Source of the DNA: a virus
IMG/VR virus record: IMGVR_UViG_3300044729_002129
Location: 1-64,000 of that record
Length of the DNA: 64,000 nt
Reading direction: 5' to 3' (one strand)
In this document: positions 37,851 to 48,225 of the stretch, piece after piece
Layout: each line of letters begins with the position of its first letter
How positions within the stretch are numbered: the stretch's first letter is position 1
Program-made: the position numbers and the translations under genes
Notes under the pieces: generated by a model
What the model was told of the DNA's origin: nothing
What the model saw: the letters and a program-made list of their open reading frames with translations, nothing else
The model's database searches: none

Positions 37851-38562
37851 TTTCTCAGTATATCACCAAGTTTATAATAATAAAGAGTGGACCATACAAA
37901 GTCTTACGTCGTTAATAAACTTATATCCAAATGTACACATAAGACTAGTTTGCGATGGTGGTATAGATCACTCAGATTTAGTGGAAAAATTTAAAGTTGA
38001 ATACATACACGACACGTTCAATGTTGGTATTTATGATCGACTGAACCCAAAAGTAATATCAGGTCAACACATATATGGATGGACAAAAGAAGAAGCATTT
38101 GTTTTCTTAAAAAGAATATATGATTTCGCAAAAAAATGTAACACCGAGTATATTTTATTCAGTGAAGATGATATTATTTACAATAAAAAATTTAACATAA
38201 ATGAAGAAGATTTTGATTTAACAGGAAAAAAACCAGGAAATTTTTTCCCCGATATATTTGTTTCGTACATCAAAAACAATTTTCCAAATTCAAATTTAGA
38301 ACAATGGGGATCTTGTGCTGGAAATTTTTTAAACACAAATTCATTTATATATTGTTATGAAAATACAATTGAATTCTTAGACAAAAATTATGACCATATA
38401 ATTTCAAATCTATTTTACGAACTGGGTTGGAATGACGTTTTGTTTAATGTTTTATACGGATGTCATGGTATGAAATACATAAACAACTATGATTATAGTG
38501 AGGTTTATAATAATGTTCCAATCTTCCATGATAAAATATCTTCCAGAGTTAGAAACAATTAA
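37831..38562 (+). CDS. GT-A-like glycosyltransferase, paralog of upstream gene
   Basis: LVCDGG.D, YGW, LFSEDDI, WGSCAGN. Confidence 0.55.
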   Translation: MTNQKFNFSVYHQVYNNKEWTIQSLTSLINLYPNVHIRLVCDGGIDHSDLVEKFKVEYIHDTFNVGIYDRLNPKVISGQHIYGWTKEEAFVFLKRIYDFAKKCNTEYILFSEDDIIYNKKFNINEEDFDLTGKKPGNFFPDIFVSYIKNNFPNSNLEQWGSCAGNFLNTNSFIYCYENTIEFLDKNYDHIISNLFYELGWNDVLFNVLYGCHGMKYINNYDYSEVYNNVPIFHDKISSRVRNN

Positions 38563-38569
38563 AATATTA

Positions 38570-39226
38570 TTATTTTTTAAACACTATTATAAAAGAATTA
38601 CCATAGTATATAGATCTAATATCAAATTTTTTTGATAACCCATTTATTTTCATAGTCTCATCCAAGTAAACAGACGATCTGGCATGTCTTAATGATCCTC
38701 CTTGATATTTTACAGATACCTCATTATATAAACCATTATAATTTATTTCATCTATGAATTTTTTTGTATAATCAATAAAGCTTAATTTTTCAGAACCATA
38801 TTCTTCCCAATATGAAGTACTGACATCTTCTATAATATAAACTCCATTCGAATTTAAACGAGGAAATAATATTTCAAATGTTAACATCTGATCTTCGGTT
38901 ATATGAGATCCATCATCTATAATAATATCCAAATTATTAATTCCATCATATGTTTCGACGACAGATTGATTTCCTTGTCGAAAAATAAATCTATCTGTTT
39001 TAATGGAAAACCCACAATTAGAAATATCTATGCCAAAAATAGATGCGTTTGGAAAATACTCTAACCACATATTAATACTATTTCCAGTACTAACTCCGAT
39101 TTCTAATAATTTTATATTGTTATATCTTAATTTTTCCAGAAAAAACTCATACTCATCGCAATAATTATGAAATAAATCGCTCTTATCAGTATTGTATTTT
39201 TTTGCTAACTCGTTTAAATGACCCAT
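38570..39226 (-). CDS. class I SAM-dependent methyltransferase (sugar O-methyltransferase-like)
   Basis: TDK...HNY...Y, LLEIGV..G.S..MW..YFP, GNQ, IIIDDGSH, YIIEDV.TSY. Confidence 0.85.
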   Translation of the reverse strand: MGHLNELAKKYNTDKSDLFHNYCDEYEFFLEKLRYNNIKLLEIGVSTGNSINMWLEYFPNASIFGIDISNCGFSIKTDRFIFRQGNQSVVETYDGINNLDIIIDDGSHITEDQMLTFEILFPRLNSNGVYIIEDVSTSYWEEYGSEKLSFIDYTKKFIDEINYNGLYNEVSVKYQGGSLRHARSSVYLDETMKINGLSKKFDIRSIYYGNSFIIVFKK

Positions 39227-39231
39227 AAAAA

Positions 39232-40188
39232 TTATATAATATTCAATGATTCTATCATTTTTAAATAATTTGGTATCGTCACATCATATGAATGATTTTT
39301 GACAGCATACTCTCTTATTAAATTACGAGTTTTAAGAGAAACACGTTTATTTTTATTTATTATGTAATCAAGATAATCTTCATCATTGATATATTTCTCT
39401 GGAACGATATCTATAAAACTTTGATTCAAATCTAAATTAGCAGTGCTATTTTCAGACACGACCAACCCTAAACCAGCCATCAATCCCTCTAATACAACCA
39501 AAGGAGCAGCCTCAGAGTCACTTAACAATATTAAATTCACATTATCTGTTAAATTATCATAAATGTAATCTTTAGTCCATTCGCCTATTATTCGTTTATT
39601 TGTTTGCATAGGACTATCTGGATTGATATTACCCACAAAAAATACATTTAAATTTGAAAGAACATATTGTCTCTTTCTTTTCTGAATCTGACCCAGACAC
39701 ATACTATCATTGGTTAATGGTTGATCTTTAAATTTTATCAAATCTGATCTAGCAGCATTTGGATTGATTCTGGTTCTGTCTGGATCAAATCCATTTTTAA
39801 TGTATAAATCATAAATAAATTTATCTAAACAAAAATTATAAAACTTTTGTGAATTCAAACTAGGCAATATACATGATTTAAACCATCGATCATAATCATT
39901 GCTATCTAAACTAGATCTTATAGATCCACAATGACTAGTCATAATCTTTATTTTTGCATTACATTCATTTAAAACATCATAGTATATATCATAATGACAA
40001 TGACAAACATCTGGGTTAAACTTATTTATTTCATCCAATGTGACGTTTTTATCATTAGAATTAACAATTTTAACTTCATGACCAAGTTTAGTTAAATAAT
40101 GTTTATAATCCCATATAATAATTTCCACAGCACCCCAACTCTTTGGTGGGATTTCCATAAAACCGGGTGACACTAAACAAAATTTCAT
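39232..40188 (-). CDS. GT-B (GT4-like) glycosyltransferase
   Basis: PG...IPP..WGAVE, RKRQ, SDSEAAPLVVLEGLMAG. Confidence 0.8.
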   Translation of the reverse strand: MKFCLVSPGFMEIPPKSWGAVEIIIWDYKHYLTKLGHEVKIVNSNDKNVTLDEINKFNPDVCHCHYDIYYDVLNECNAKIKIMTSHCGSIRSSLDSNDYDRWFKSCILPSLNSQKFYNFCLDKFIYDLYIKNGFDPDRTRINPNAARSDLIKFKDQPLTNDSMCLGQIQKRKRQYVLSNLNVFFVGNINPDSPMQTNKRIIGEWTKDYIYDNLTDNVNLILLSDSEAAPLVVLEGLMAGLGLVVSENSTANLDLNQSFIDIVPEKYINDEDYLDYIINKNKRVSLKTRNLIREYAVKNHSYDVTIPNYLKMIESLNII

Positions 40189-40826
40189 CTTATTAAACTT
40201 TTAAATTTATTCTCACTATCAACGCCAACTCTATATGACAACTGATTTGTCAATGAACGATTGGGTGCGTAACAATTAATTTCTTTGTTATTATATAAAC
40301 TATTAAGTACAAAATCAATTTGATATTTTGACCTAATCGCACACTCTGCAATTTTAATAAAATTTTCTTTATTACGAAAGATCATACAATTGGTTGTATA
40401 TTTTATATAGATTTTATCTACATAATTATTAATTTTTTCTTTCTTGATATTTTGATCCAACAAATAATCTCCTAAATGTAATACATCCCAGTCTGATGGA
40501 ACATTATTAAAAAATATATTAAATTGATCCTCAAAGTCTTGACAAAAAACATTATCATCTTCTATCACAACAAATGAATCTACATTGGTATAATAACATT
40601 CGTAAAATATAGATGCATATTGTGATGACAAACTTTGTTCACTTCGATTTATCTCATGCGTCCCATCATATCGTGTTTCAAAAAAATTCTTATCAACCGC
40701 AACTCTAATATCAAAGTTAATATTTTGATCTTTTAAATAATTATAAAAATGTGTGTATCTTTCATTTGGTAATCCAGTTGTGATTACAAATACTTGTTGA
40801 AACAATTTATTTAAAACGTGCTTCAT
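40185..40826 (-). CDS. GT25-like glycosyltransferase
   Basis: VFVI...ER, IEDD, PSDWDVLHLG, IDF. Confidence 0.65.
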   Translation of the reverse strand: MKHVLNKLFQQVFVITTGLPNERYTHFYNYLKDQNINFDIRVAVDKNFFETRYDGTHEINRSEQSLSSQYASIFYECYYTNVDSFVVIEDDNVFCQDFEDQFNIFFNNVPSDWDVLHLGDYLLDQNIKKEKINNYVDKIYIKYTTNCMIFRNKENFIKIAECAIRSKYQIDFVLNSLYNNKEINCYAPNRSLTNQLSYRVGVDSENKFKSLIR

Positions 40827-40837
40827 ATTTATAAGTA
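40826..40837. promoter_or_regulatory. overlapping bidirectional TAYTTAT motifs between divergent starts
   Basis: TATTTAT(+) 40826-40832 and TACTTAT(-) 40837-40831, each 4 nt before an ATG. Confidence 0.6.
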
Positions 40838-41745
40838 TGATTTCCTATAGTGTTTTAACTTTTAATAATCAAGTTGGAATTGTTACAGACGCGGTACTAT
40901 TAACAGATTTATTACGAGAAAATATTACAACCAACGTTGATATAAAATTTATACATGAATGCGATATCAAACACGTAGATGTTGGTATATGGATTCAAAA
41001 CTTTGATGTCAACTTATTAAATCTATTCAAAAAAAACATATTTTATATAAATGAAGAATGGGCCGGAGAGTGTGAACTTTCAAATCTTCATTTGTTTGAC
41101 CATGTTATTTGTAAATCAACATATGCATATAATCTATTAAAGCAAAATAAAAATGTGATTTATTTGCCATTTATATCAAAAGATATGTACGTTAATTCTT
41201 TAAATAAAGAATACGACTATTTGCATTTTATGGGCAGATCGATACAGAAAAATACAGAGTTAATTTTAAAACAGAACGTAAACATCACATTAATTGATCC
41301 ATATAATCGATATACACCACAATCTAATATAAATCACATAAATTCGTATCAATCAAATGAACAATTAAAACGTATACTGAACATACATCGTACACATATA
41401 TGTTGTAGTCTATATGAAAGTTGGGGTCATTATTTATTTGAAGGATTATCAACTGGATCAGAAATGATATGTAGTGATATACCAATATTCAGAGAACAAT
41501 TAGATCCAGACTTAATACATTTCATTCCAACTCAAGAAAAAATAGATATGTCGTATATGTATTGTTCCGATAATAAAACCAACATCTATAAACTTAGAAA
41601 GTCATTTTTTATAGATGAAAAATATTTTACACAATATATCGAAAATTTTAGGCCTATTGGAAAAAATTACGAACGGCGAATGTTATATAACAATATTATT
41701 AATAAATCAAAAACTCAGTTAATTTCTTTCTTTAAAAATATATGA
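40837..41745 (+). CDS. GT-B-like glycosyltransferase
   Basis: G...D...L, NEEW, GRS.QKNT, C.S.YESWGHYLFEGLS.G. Confidence 0.7.
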   Translation: MISYSVLTFNNQVGIVTDAVLLTDLLRENITTNVDIKFIHECDIKHVDVGIWIQNFDVNLLNLFKKNIFYINEEWAGECELSNLHLFDHVICKSTYAYNLLKQNKNVIYLPFISKDMYVNSLNKEYDYLHFMGRSIQKNTELILKQNVNITLIDPYNRYTPQSNINHINSYQSNEQLKRILNIHRTHICCSLYESWGHYLFEGLSTGSEMICSDIPIFREQLDPDLIHFIPTQEKIDMSYMYCSDNKTNIYKLRKSFFIDEKYFTQYIENFRPIGKNYERRMLYNNIINKSKTQLISFFKNI

Positions 41746-42401
41746 AACTTTACTACATGTACGATTCGATGGTTGTTGATATGAAAAATATGTTCGTAGA
41801 TAACATTAAAGATCCATTTGAATTAATTGAAATAGAAATAAACACCCCAGAATTTAATGAAAACACAGATCAAACGCTTAAATTTGGCGGTGGTATAGAT
41901 GTGTGGAAATCACGGGTAAATAACATTCTGAATATAATAAAAGAAAGTCCTAATAATGAACATTTCATCTTTTCAGATATCGATATTATTTTCTATAAAC
42001 CAGTAATGCCTAAGTTATACGAACTAATTGAAAATAAAGATGTTTTATTTTTGAGAGAGTTGTTCGAAGGAATTCACGAATGGCAAGGAGGAAATATTAA
42101 TTTTGGATTTAATATTATCAAAGCCAATGAAAAAACATACAACTTTTTTGACAAAGTTAGAGTTGAATTAGAAAGAACAAATGGCTGGGAACAGATGATA
42201 ATTAATAAATTTTTATACAGCCCCAACGATTTTAATTTGAATTGGGATTTATTGCCTCCAACCTTTTTATCTACATCTGTTGGTTTACATAATATTACAA
42301 AAGACATTTTGATGTATCACGCAAATTGTGCTGTGACAAAAGAATCAAAATATAACTTAATTAATCAAGTTAATGAGATTGTTCAAAAAATTTGTGCATA
42401 G
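41742..42401 (+). CDS. nucleotide-diphospho-sugar transferase (GT77-like)
   Basis: FSDIDI, INFGF, WEQ..IN, HAN. Confidence 0.7.
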   Translation: MKLYYMYDSMVVDMKNMFVDNIKDPFELIEIEINTPEFNENTDQTLKFGGGIDVWKSRVNNILNIIKESPNNEHFIFSDIDIIFYKPVMPKLYELIENKDVLFLRELFEGIHEWQGGNINFGFNIIKANEKTYNFFDKVRVELERTNGWEQMIINKFLYSPNDFNLNWDLLPPTFLSTSVGLHNITKDILMYHANCAVTKESKYNLINQVNEIVQKICA

Positions 42402-43464
42402 ACTGACCGATCACTTGATGCATATCATAATATTTATAACAAGCTAATCTACCACCCAATATCATATTTGGGTATTCTTTTTTAGTTAAATTATTGTATG
42501 TTTCGTATAACTTATTATTAACATCGTTGTTTATTGGATAGTACTTCTCTTTTTCTATAGACCAACTATCAGGCATTTCTTTAGTTATGATAGTAGATCT
42601 AACATTAACATTTTCAAAATGTTTGTGTTCGATAATACGTGTGTATGGAATATGTTCCTCTGTATAGTTTACCAAAGCGTTACCTTGATAATCTTCTATA
42701 TCCAATTTTTCATGTTCAAATTTTAAACTTCTATAACCCAATGTTCCATTACTATAATTGAATAGTTCGTCAATGGCTCCTGTATAAACTATATATTTAG
42801 CTTTAGATATCCAATAATCTTTATCTTTATTAAAATCTACATCTCGTTCTATAGGAATATCCAGAATCATATTTTTTATTAAATTTGTATATCCACCTAT
42901 AGGTATTCCTTGATAACAATCATTAAAGTAGTTATCATCATAAGTTAATCTAATAGGAAGTCTCTTTATAATAAACGTCGGTAAATCTCTGGGATCAGTA
43001 CCCCATTGTTTTTTAGTATATCCATATATGAATGTTTGATACAACTCTTCACCAACTTGACTCAATATCCATTCTTCTAAATTTGATGGGTTATTTATTT
43101 TGACTTTTACACTATCTAATTTGACTCTGGCTTGTTCTGGAGTACTCACACCCCACATTTGGTATAAAGTAAACAAGTTAATAGGGAAAGAATAGATTTT
43201 ATTTGCATACTTTACTTTTGGTCTGTTAACGAAATTATTAAAAGTAGCAAACTTATTTACATAATCCCATATTTCCTTATTTGATGTATGAAAGGTATGA
43301 GGACCATACATATGCATATTTATACCATCTCTATTCTCAGTATATATGTTTCCTCCTATATGATTTCTTTTTTCAAGTATTAAACACGATTTACCAGCCG
43401 ATTTAGCTAAATTAGCAAATGTGGCTCCGAATAATCCAGATCCAACTATTAAATAATCATACAT
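42370..43464 (-). CDS. glf: UDP-galactopyranose mutase
   Basis: IVGSGLFGA, HIGGN, YGPHTFHT, YTKKQWG, YQGIP..GY, TRIIEHKHF, YYP, GRLA.YKYYDM. Confidence 0.96.
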   Translation of the reverse strand: MYDYLIVGSGLFGATFANLAKSAGKSCLILEKRNHIGGNIYTENRDGINMHMYGPHTFHTSNKEIWDYVNKFATFNNFVNRPKVKYANKIYSFPINLFTLYQMWGVSTPEQARVKLDSVKVKINNPSNLEEWILSQVGEELYQTFIYGYTKKQWGTDPRDLPTFIIKRLPIRLTYDDNYFNDCYQGIPIGGYTNLIKNMILDIPIERDVDFNKDKDYWISKAKYIVYTGAIDELFNYSNGTLGYRSLKFEHEKLDIEDYQGNALVNYTEEHIPYTRIIEHKHFENVNVRSTIITKEMPDSWSIEKEKYYPINNDVNNKLYETYNNLTKKEYPNMILGGRLACYKYYDMHQVIGQSMHKFFEQSH

Positions 43465-44188
43465 AACTATAATTTATTACATCACTATATTGTTTAACTT
43501 TATACGCCGCAAAATTGTGATACTTAAACATTTCTTCGTTATAATTCATACCACAAACTCCTATATGATTAACTCTTGATTCTTGCGGTGTTACTATATT
43601 ATATGAATCTTTGCAATTTTTAACAACTAACCAATCAAACGATGTACTCTTATCCCAATATTTCAAATATCTATCCCAAAGATGTTTAGTTGCTAAGAAT
43701 CCCCATGGTGTAAAATAATCCATATCTTGCATATCTAATCTCTTGAAATTTCTTTTAACTTCTATCAAATCAGATCTTGTGGGAATGGTCTCAACAATAT
43801 TGTCTTTGTTCAAATAACATAATATATTTTTATCCTGATACTGGTCAGAATTTATATAAAAATTTGTAAGATCATATATATCATTTGAAATCTCAACATC
43901 ATCCTCAAGATAAATTACACGTTCCAATCCCAAATGTTCAAAACAATAATTTAAACAATTGTATTGATTAAGATATGTTTTAAAATCGTAAGTGTTGATG
44001 TGTAAATCTACATTTTCATATTTTTTCAAATCATCGACGATTGACATATCTAATATAGATTTTTCATAAAAAAATACAAATTTTATTTTGTCAAAACTTC
44101 TAAGATTTTTACAACAATTTAAAAAGACTTTGTGATACTCAACTCTGTGATTTTGTCCTAAATAAATTGGAGAAACAATAGTAATCAT
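43457..44188 (-). CDS. GT-A glycosyltransferase-like protein
   Basis: YLEDDV, WGFLAT...W, SFD, SRVNHIG..G. Confidence 0.65.
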   Translation of the reverse strand: MITIVSPIYLGQNHRVEYHKVFLNCCKNLRSFDKIKFVFFYEKSILDMSIVDDLKKYENVDLHINTYDFKTYLNQYNCLNYCFEHLGLERVIYLEDDVEISNDIYDLTNFYINSDQYQDKNILCYLNKDNIVETIPTRSDLIEVKRNFKRLDMQDMDYFTPWGFLATKHLWDRYLKYWDKSTSFDWLVVKNCKDSYNIVTPQESRVNHIGVCGMNYNEEMFKYHNFAAYKVKQYSDVINYSYV

Positions 44189-44207
44189 TTAGTATATATA
44201 TAATGAA

Positions 44208-45026
44208 ATGAAATTAATTACTTTTATAAATCACGCATATATCGGCATAGCACATAATTTGTATTTGCAATTAAAAAGATTTAATCTACATGCCGATTTA
44301 ATAATTTATACGCCGAGTGATATAACAATCGACGATCTTTTAAAATTAAATCTAGAATGTGAAATAAAAAAATATACACCGGTCTTATTTAATGATTATT
44401 ATAATTCTAATTTACATTCAGACGAACTTTCTAAATGTGGTCATGGAAACAATTCCTATTCTACATTGCAATTTTTGAAACACGATTGTTTTTACCAAAC
44501 ATTAGAAAAAAATGAATATGTATGTTTGTTAGATGCGGACGTATTGATTTTTTCTAATTTTGTAGAGAATCTTAAAGCTTTAATGTATGAAAAATACAAA
44601 TTCGGACATTGTACAACAAGCTTATTTGCATTCAAATATTATTTGAACATAAATGTGTGTGTTGATATTAATTCTCCAAATCTTTATCACTGGATCGGTA
44701 AACATTCCATGATTAATACTGGATTTATGGCAAGTTATCAATCAAAACAATCTCTCGCTATAATAAAAAAATATTGTGAATTATTTATACCACATATTGG
44801 TAAAAATAGTGGTAATCTCGACGAACATATTTTAACAAAATACTTTTCCGAACAAAATATTAATATCTGTTCAGTACCAGATTATATACACACTTTAAGT
44901 AATTGTGGTTACATTTATACGCCATACGAAATTAAAAAATTAAAATGTGATACATTTCATCCAACGTTTGTAACAAGTGATAAAGTTGACTTTATAAAAG
45001 AGTGTGGTTATTGGTATGTAGAATAA
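44208..45026 (+). CDS. nucleotide-diphospho-sugar transferase (GT77-like)
   Basis: TFIN..Y, LLDADV, INTGFM, DE. Confidence 0.65.
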   Translation: MKLITFINHAYIGIAHNLYLQLKRFNLHADLIIYTPSDITIDDLLKLNLECEIKKYTPVLFNDYYNSNLHSDELSKCGHGNNSYSTLQFLKHDCFYQTLEKNEYVCLLDADVLIFSNFVENLKALMYEKYKFGHCTTSLFAFKYYLNINVCVDINSPNLYHWIGKHSMINTGFMASYQSKQSLAIIKKYCELFIPHIGKNSGNLDEHILTKYFSEQNINICSVPDYIHTLSNCGYIYTPYEIKKLKCDTFHPTFVTSDKVDFIKECGYWYVE

Positions 45027-45574
45027 TCCCAAATTATAGGCCATAAACGTTCATAAGCCCACGGAGATGTATCAATATAATTATTAAAAATTGAATAACA
45101 ATATTTCCACCAATCTAAAGATTTATTTAAGATAAATTTTTTTGGTACCACATATTGTGCGCCTGGAGAAAATGTAAAAGTTTTGGTTTGATCAAATTTT
45201 AAATCAAAAAGTTTATCACACAACTCTAATAAAGGCAATGGTATGGATCCAGGCCCCCCTTGATAATCCTTAGTAACCGGACCCCAATTAGAACATAACC
45301 ATTTAATTTCTTGATCAGTGATGTTATTAACTTTATGTAAAACATCATGACAATGATCAAATGGATTTCCTTGTAAAAAGATTAATGTGTTATCTAAACA
45401 ATCATAGTTTTCTATTATATGATGTAAATACGTGTCTGCCTCTCTACCTACATTTGTTAATGTAGTATTTGAATACATCAAATCAACACTTCCTTTGCTA
45501 TAAACAATATAATTACAACCAATATTATTCAACCAAGATATATTTTCATTATAATGAGCGACTACCACTTTCAT
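45008..45574 (-). CDS. DUF3431-like protein
   Basis: VVAHYNE..W, N.GREA.TYL.HII.NYD, FLQG.PF.H, GAQY.V, ERLW. Confidence 0.8.
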   Translation of the reverse strand: MKVVVAHYNENISWLNNIGCNYIVYSKGSVDLMYSNTTLTNVGREADTYLHHIIENYDCLDNTLIFLQGNPFDHCHDVLHKVNNITDQEIKWLCSNWGPVTKDYQGGPGSIPLPLLELCDKLFDLKFDQTKTFTFSPGAQYVVPKKFILNKSLDWWKYCYSIFNNYIDTSPWAYERLWPIIWDYSTYQ

Positions 45575-46221
45575 AACGCTTTTATAGCAGTTTCATATTT
45601 TTTATAGAATAAGTGTTTATTATTTTCGTTTTCACGATACGAAGCTCCATAAAACATAATTTCTGTGCAAACATACGTGTTAAAATGTGGATATATATCA
45701 TCATTTAAAAACCAATCCATCGGAAAAATACAATTTTCAATTGCATTCATCAATAGATTTACCGTGTTTGGTTTAAAAGCAACAATATGTGATCCGCATA
45801 TTCTTTCACTTTTGTCTATTTTGTAGTATAAAAGACCAGTATCTATTTTTAAAGATGTATATTCATGGTATCCTAAATTCAGGATATCCCAATCATTTGG
45901 TAATTTATCAAAAAAGTTTGTCAATTTTGATTGATATGCATCATCAAAAAATACGTCATCCTCCATGATACAAAACGTTTCTGATTTTAAAAAAGATTCT
46001 TTTAACAATATAGATTCGATTGCACTTATACAACTCTGTACACCTTCTGTATTGTTTGTTTTTGTATAATCTTGTTTAAAATATTTTTTCTTTGGGCCTA
46101 TTACTAATTCAAATTCTATCTGTTCTTTTTCAAAGAACGACAATAAATCATATAATCTATTTTGACTGGCATAGGAAGAAATTACATATATCTTGCTAAA
46201 GTATTTGTTTAAAATATTCAT
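45571..46221 (-). CDS. GT25-like glycosyltransferase, paralog of 40185..40826
   Basis: IMEDDV, LPNDWDILNLG, PMDW. Confidence 0.65.
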   Translation of the reverse strand: MNILNKYFSKIYVISSYASQNRLYDLLSFFEKEQIEFELVIGPKKKYFKQDYTKTNNTEGVQSCISAIESILLKESFLKSETFCIMEDDVFFDDAYQSKLTNFFDKLPNDWDILNLGYHEYTSLKIDTGLLYYKIDKSERICGSHIVAFKPNTVNLLMNAIENCIFPMDWFLNDDIYPHFNTYVCTEIMFYGASYRENENNKHLFYKKYETAIKAL

Positions 46222-47153
46222 GCTAAAATAACAGCTTGGTTTTTTATTTTATATTCAAATTCATCTTTACTTATTCTTATATTAACACAGCTACAGTCGT
46301 TTAATCCGCTAAAAATGTTTAACTGGGATTCTTTTATAACAACATTCATGGGAAATATAACTTCGTATTTCACAACTGGTTGACACTCAACATTTCTCCA
46401 CTCCCATAAACTAGTCAATAAAGATGCATCGGTATACTCTTTTTTAGCCTCAAAGAATGGTTCTATATAATATCCTATTGGTTCTATGTTATCATTTAAT
46501 CTCATCAAACCAACAAAATATTTATAATACAAATGGTCCAAAGTTATATAGCTATGAAACAACAAATACTTCTTACCACTTACTTCAAATATGTTTGTAC
46601 TTAATCCAGGTGTACCATATTTTGAAATCCAAGGATCCCAATTAATTTGTTTTTTATATGTTATATCCTCAGACATATCCATCAATGTATATGGATTTAC
46701 ATGATAAATAATTTTGTCATTATAAAATTGCCAATGTTTTTCAAAATGAGCATTTTGTGTTTTAAAGTGAGTTAACTCTTTTGTGGTTAAATTATACTTT
46801 TTATATTCTACATTTATTATTTTAACCAAATCGTTTTTATCTCGTTTACAACAACACACGCTTATTTCATTATCATTTATAAATCTAGCATCTTCATAAG
46901 ACCATAAAAAGTTTTCATCTATATAGTGTTGCAATAAAACATTATCTTGATCATCTACTATATCACTTACAAGTATCTTATTATTAAATATAGACTCTCT
47001 ACGAAATATAGTTTTGGTCACATGTAATGTTTTATGAATGTTACCTCGGATTTGTGTGACATCACCCTCAAAATATGATGGATTAAAATAATTATTTAAT
47101 CTATTGAATTTTTTTAAAATTTGAACTTCTAAATTTTTTAAATCAAACATCAT
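46218..47153 (-). CDS. five-blade beta-propeller, GH130-like/mannosyltransferase-like
   Basis: FNPS, EDAR, EKHW, LFHS, VIFP....G.ND. Confidence 0.55.
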   Translation of the reverse strand: MMFDLKNLEVQILKKFNRLNNYFNPSYFEGDVTQIRGNIHKTLHVTKTIFRRESIFNNKILVSDIVDDQDNVLLQHYIDENFLWSYEDARFINDNEISVCCCKRDKNDLVKIINVEYKKYNLTTKELTHFKTQNAHFEKHWQFYNDKIIYHVNPYTLMDMSEDITYKKQINWDPWISKYGTPGLSTNIFEVSGKKYLLFHSYITLDHLYYKYFVGLMRLNDNIEPIGYYIEPFFEAKKEYTDASLLTSLWEWRNVECQPVVKYEVIFPMNVVIKESQLNIFSGLNDCSCVNIRISKDEFEYKIKNQAVILA

Positions 47154-47184
47154 AATGAATTGTCATTAATTCTATCATTTATAA

Positions 47185-48225
47185 TTATAAAACATTGGAT
47201 AAAAATTTTCGAAATCTTATTTCTTCGTCGTCATAATTTACCAACTCTAAAAATCTATTTCTTAGATTTTCACCATATTTAATTGTATTTTCAGGCAGTA
47301 ACCAATCTCTTATCTTATTAATATTTAATTCTACATCATCTGATTCTATATCAATACATGTTACATTAGGTTCAAATAATTGTAAAGCTACGCCACCAAA
47401 GTATCGGTGTTGACTCATGTTTGTAATTATTGGTCTTCCAGAGTAACACCACCCCATGTTTGAATGACCTAATCCACCAAAATGTTTTAAACACCACCCC
47501 ATGTTAGCGTCTGTTATTTTTTGAGAAACACCTAATGTACCATCTAACATTCCATCTGGAGAATTAATACCATAATATTTAAAATTACATTCTGTGAGTT
47601 GATCTTTGTATGTGATGTAAATATCTATATATGGGGCTAAATTAACAACACTATATATATTTTTTGTATATGGATTGATCGGTGTAAATTTATACAAATT
47701 TGTATCAATCTCCTGATGTATTAAAGCCGAATTTTGATATGGATATGGTTTATACGTCACCGAATGGAAAACATCTTTAACTTCAGTCTTTTGTCCAACA
47801 TTACCGAGTTGTGATATATGTTTAGCCGTTGGTTGATATTTATCTTTTAAAATTTGAAATGTATGATCGTGTTCTTGTATAGTTGAAATTATCAAATCAA
47901 ACTTTGTATTTTTAAAAGTATCTAATGTTATCGCCTTTTGATAATACTTATGGATTGAGTCATATACATGATACACACCATCTTTACACTCAATATTATA
48001 AATGCCATACTCCGGATGCCAACGTTCTGGATATTCTATGTCATGAGTTAAAAATTGACTAACAACGGGTAACGGATCACTATAAGGTGTTGCTATTTTC
48101 CAATAACCCTCAGTAAACCAATCCATGCCGACGGGTCTATATAATTCAAACCCTAATCTTTTTTCTAACAATAGGTGCAACGAATAATACAAATCGCTGT
48201 GATGTAAATCTACAAATACTTTCAT
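47185..48225 (-). CDS. GT-B-like glycosyltransferase
   Basis: HHSDLYYSL..LLEKRLG..LYRP.G..W; K..GG.GH...SGRPII. Confidence 0.55.
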   Translation of the reverse strand: MKVFVDLHHSDLYYSLHLLLEKRLGFELYRPVGMDWFTEGYWKIATPYSDPLPVVSQFLTHDIEYPERWHPEYGIYNIECKDGVYHVYDSIHKYYQKAITLDTFKNTKFDLIISTIQEHDHTFQILKDKYQPTAKHISQLGNVGQKTEVKDVFHSVTYKPYPYQNSALIHQEIDTNLYKFTPINPYTKNIYSVVNLAPYIDIYITYKDQLTECNFKYYGINSPDGMLDGTLGVSQKITDANMGWCLKHFGGLGHSNMGWCYSGRPIITNMSQHRYFGGVALQLFEPNVTCIDIESDDVELNINKIRDWLLPENTIKYGENLRNRFLELVNYDDEEIRFRKFLSNVL

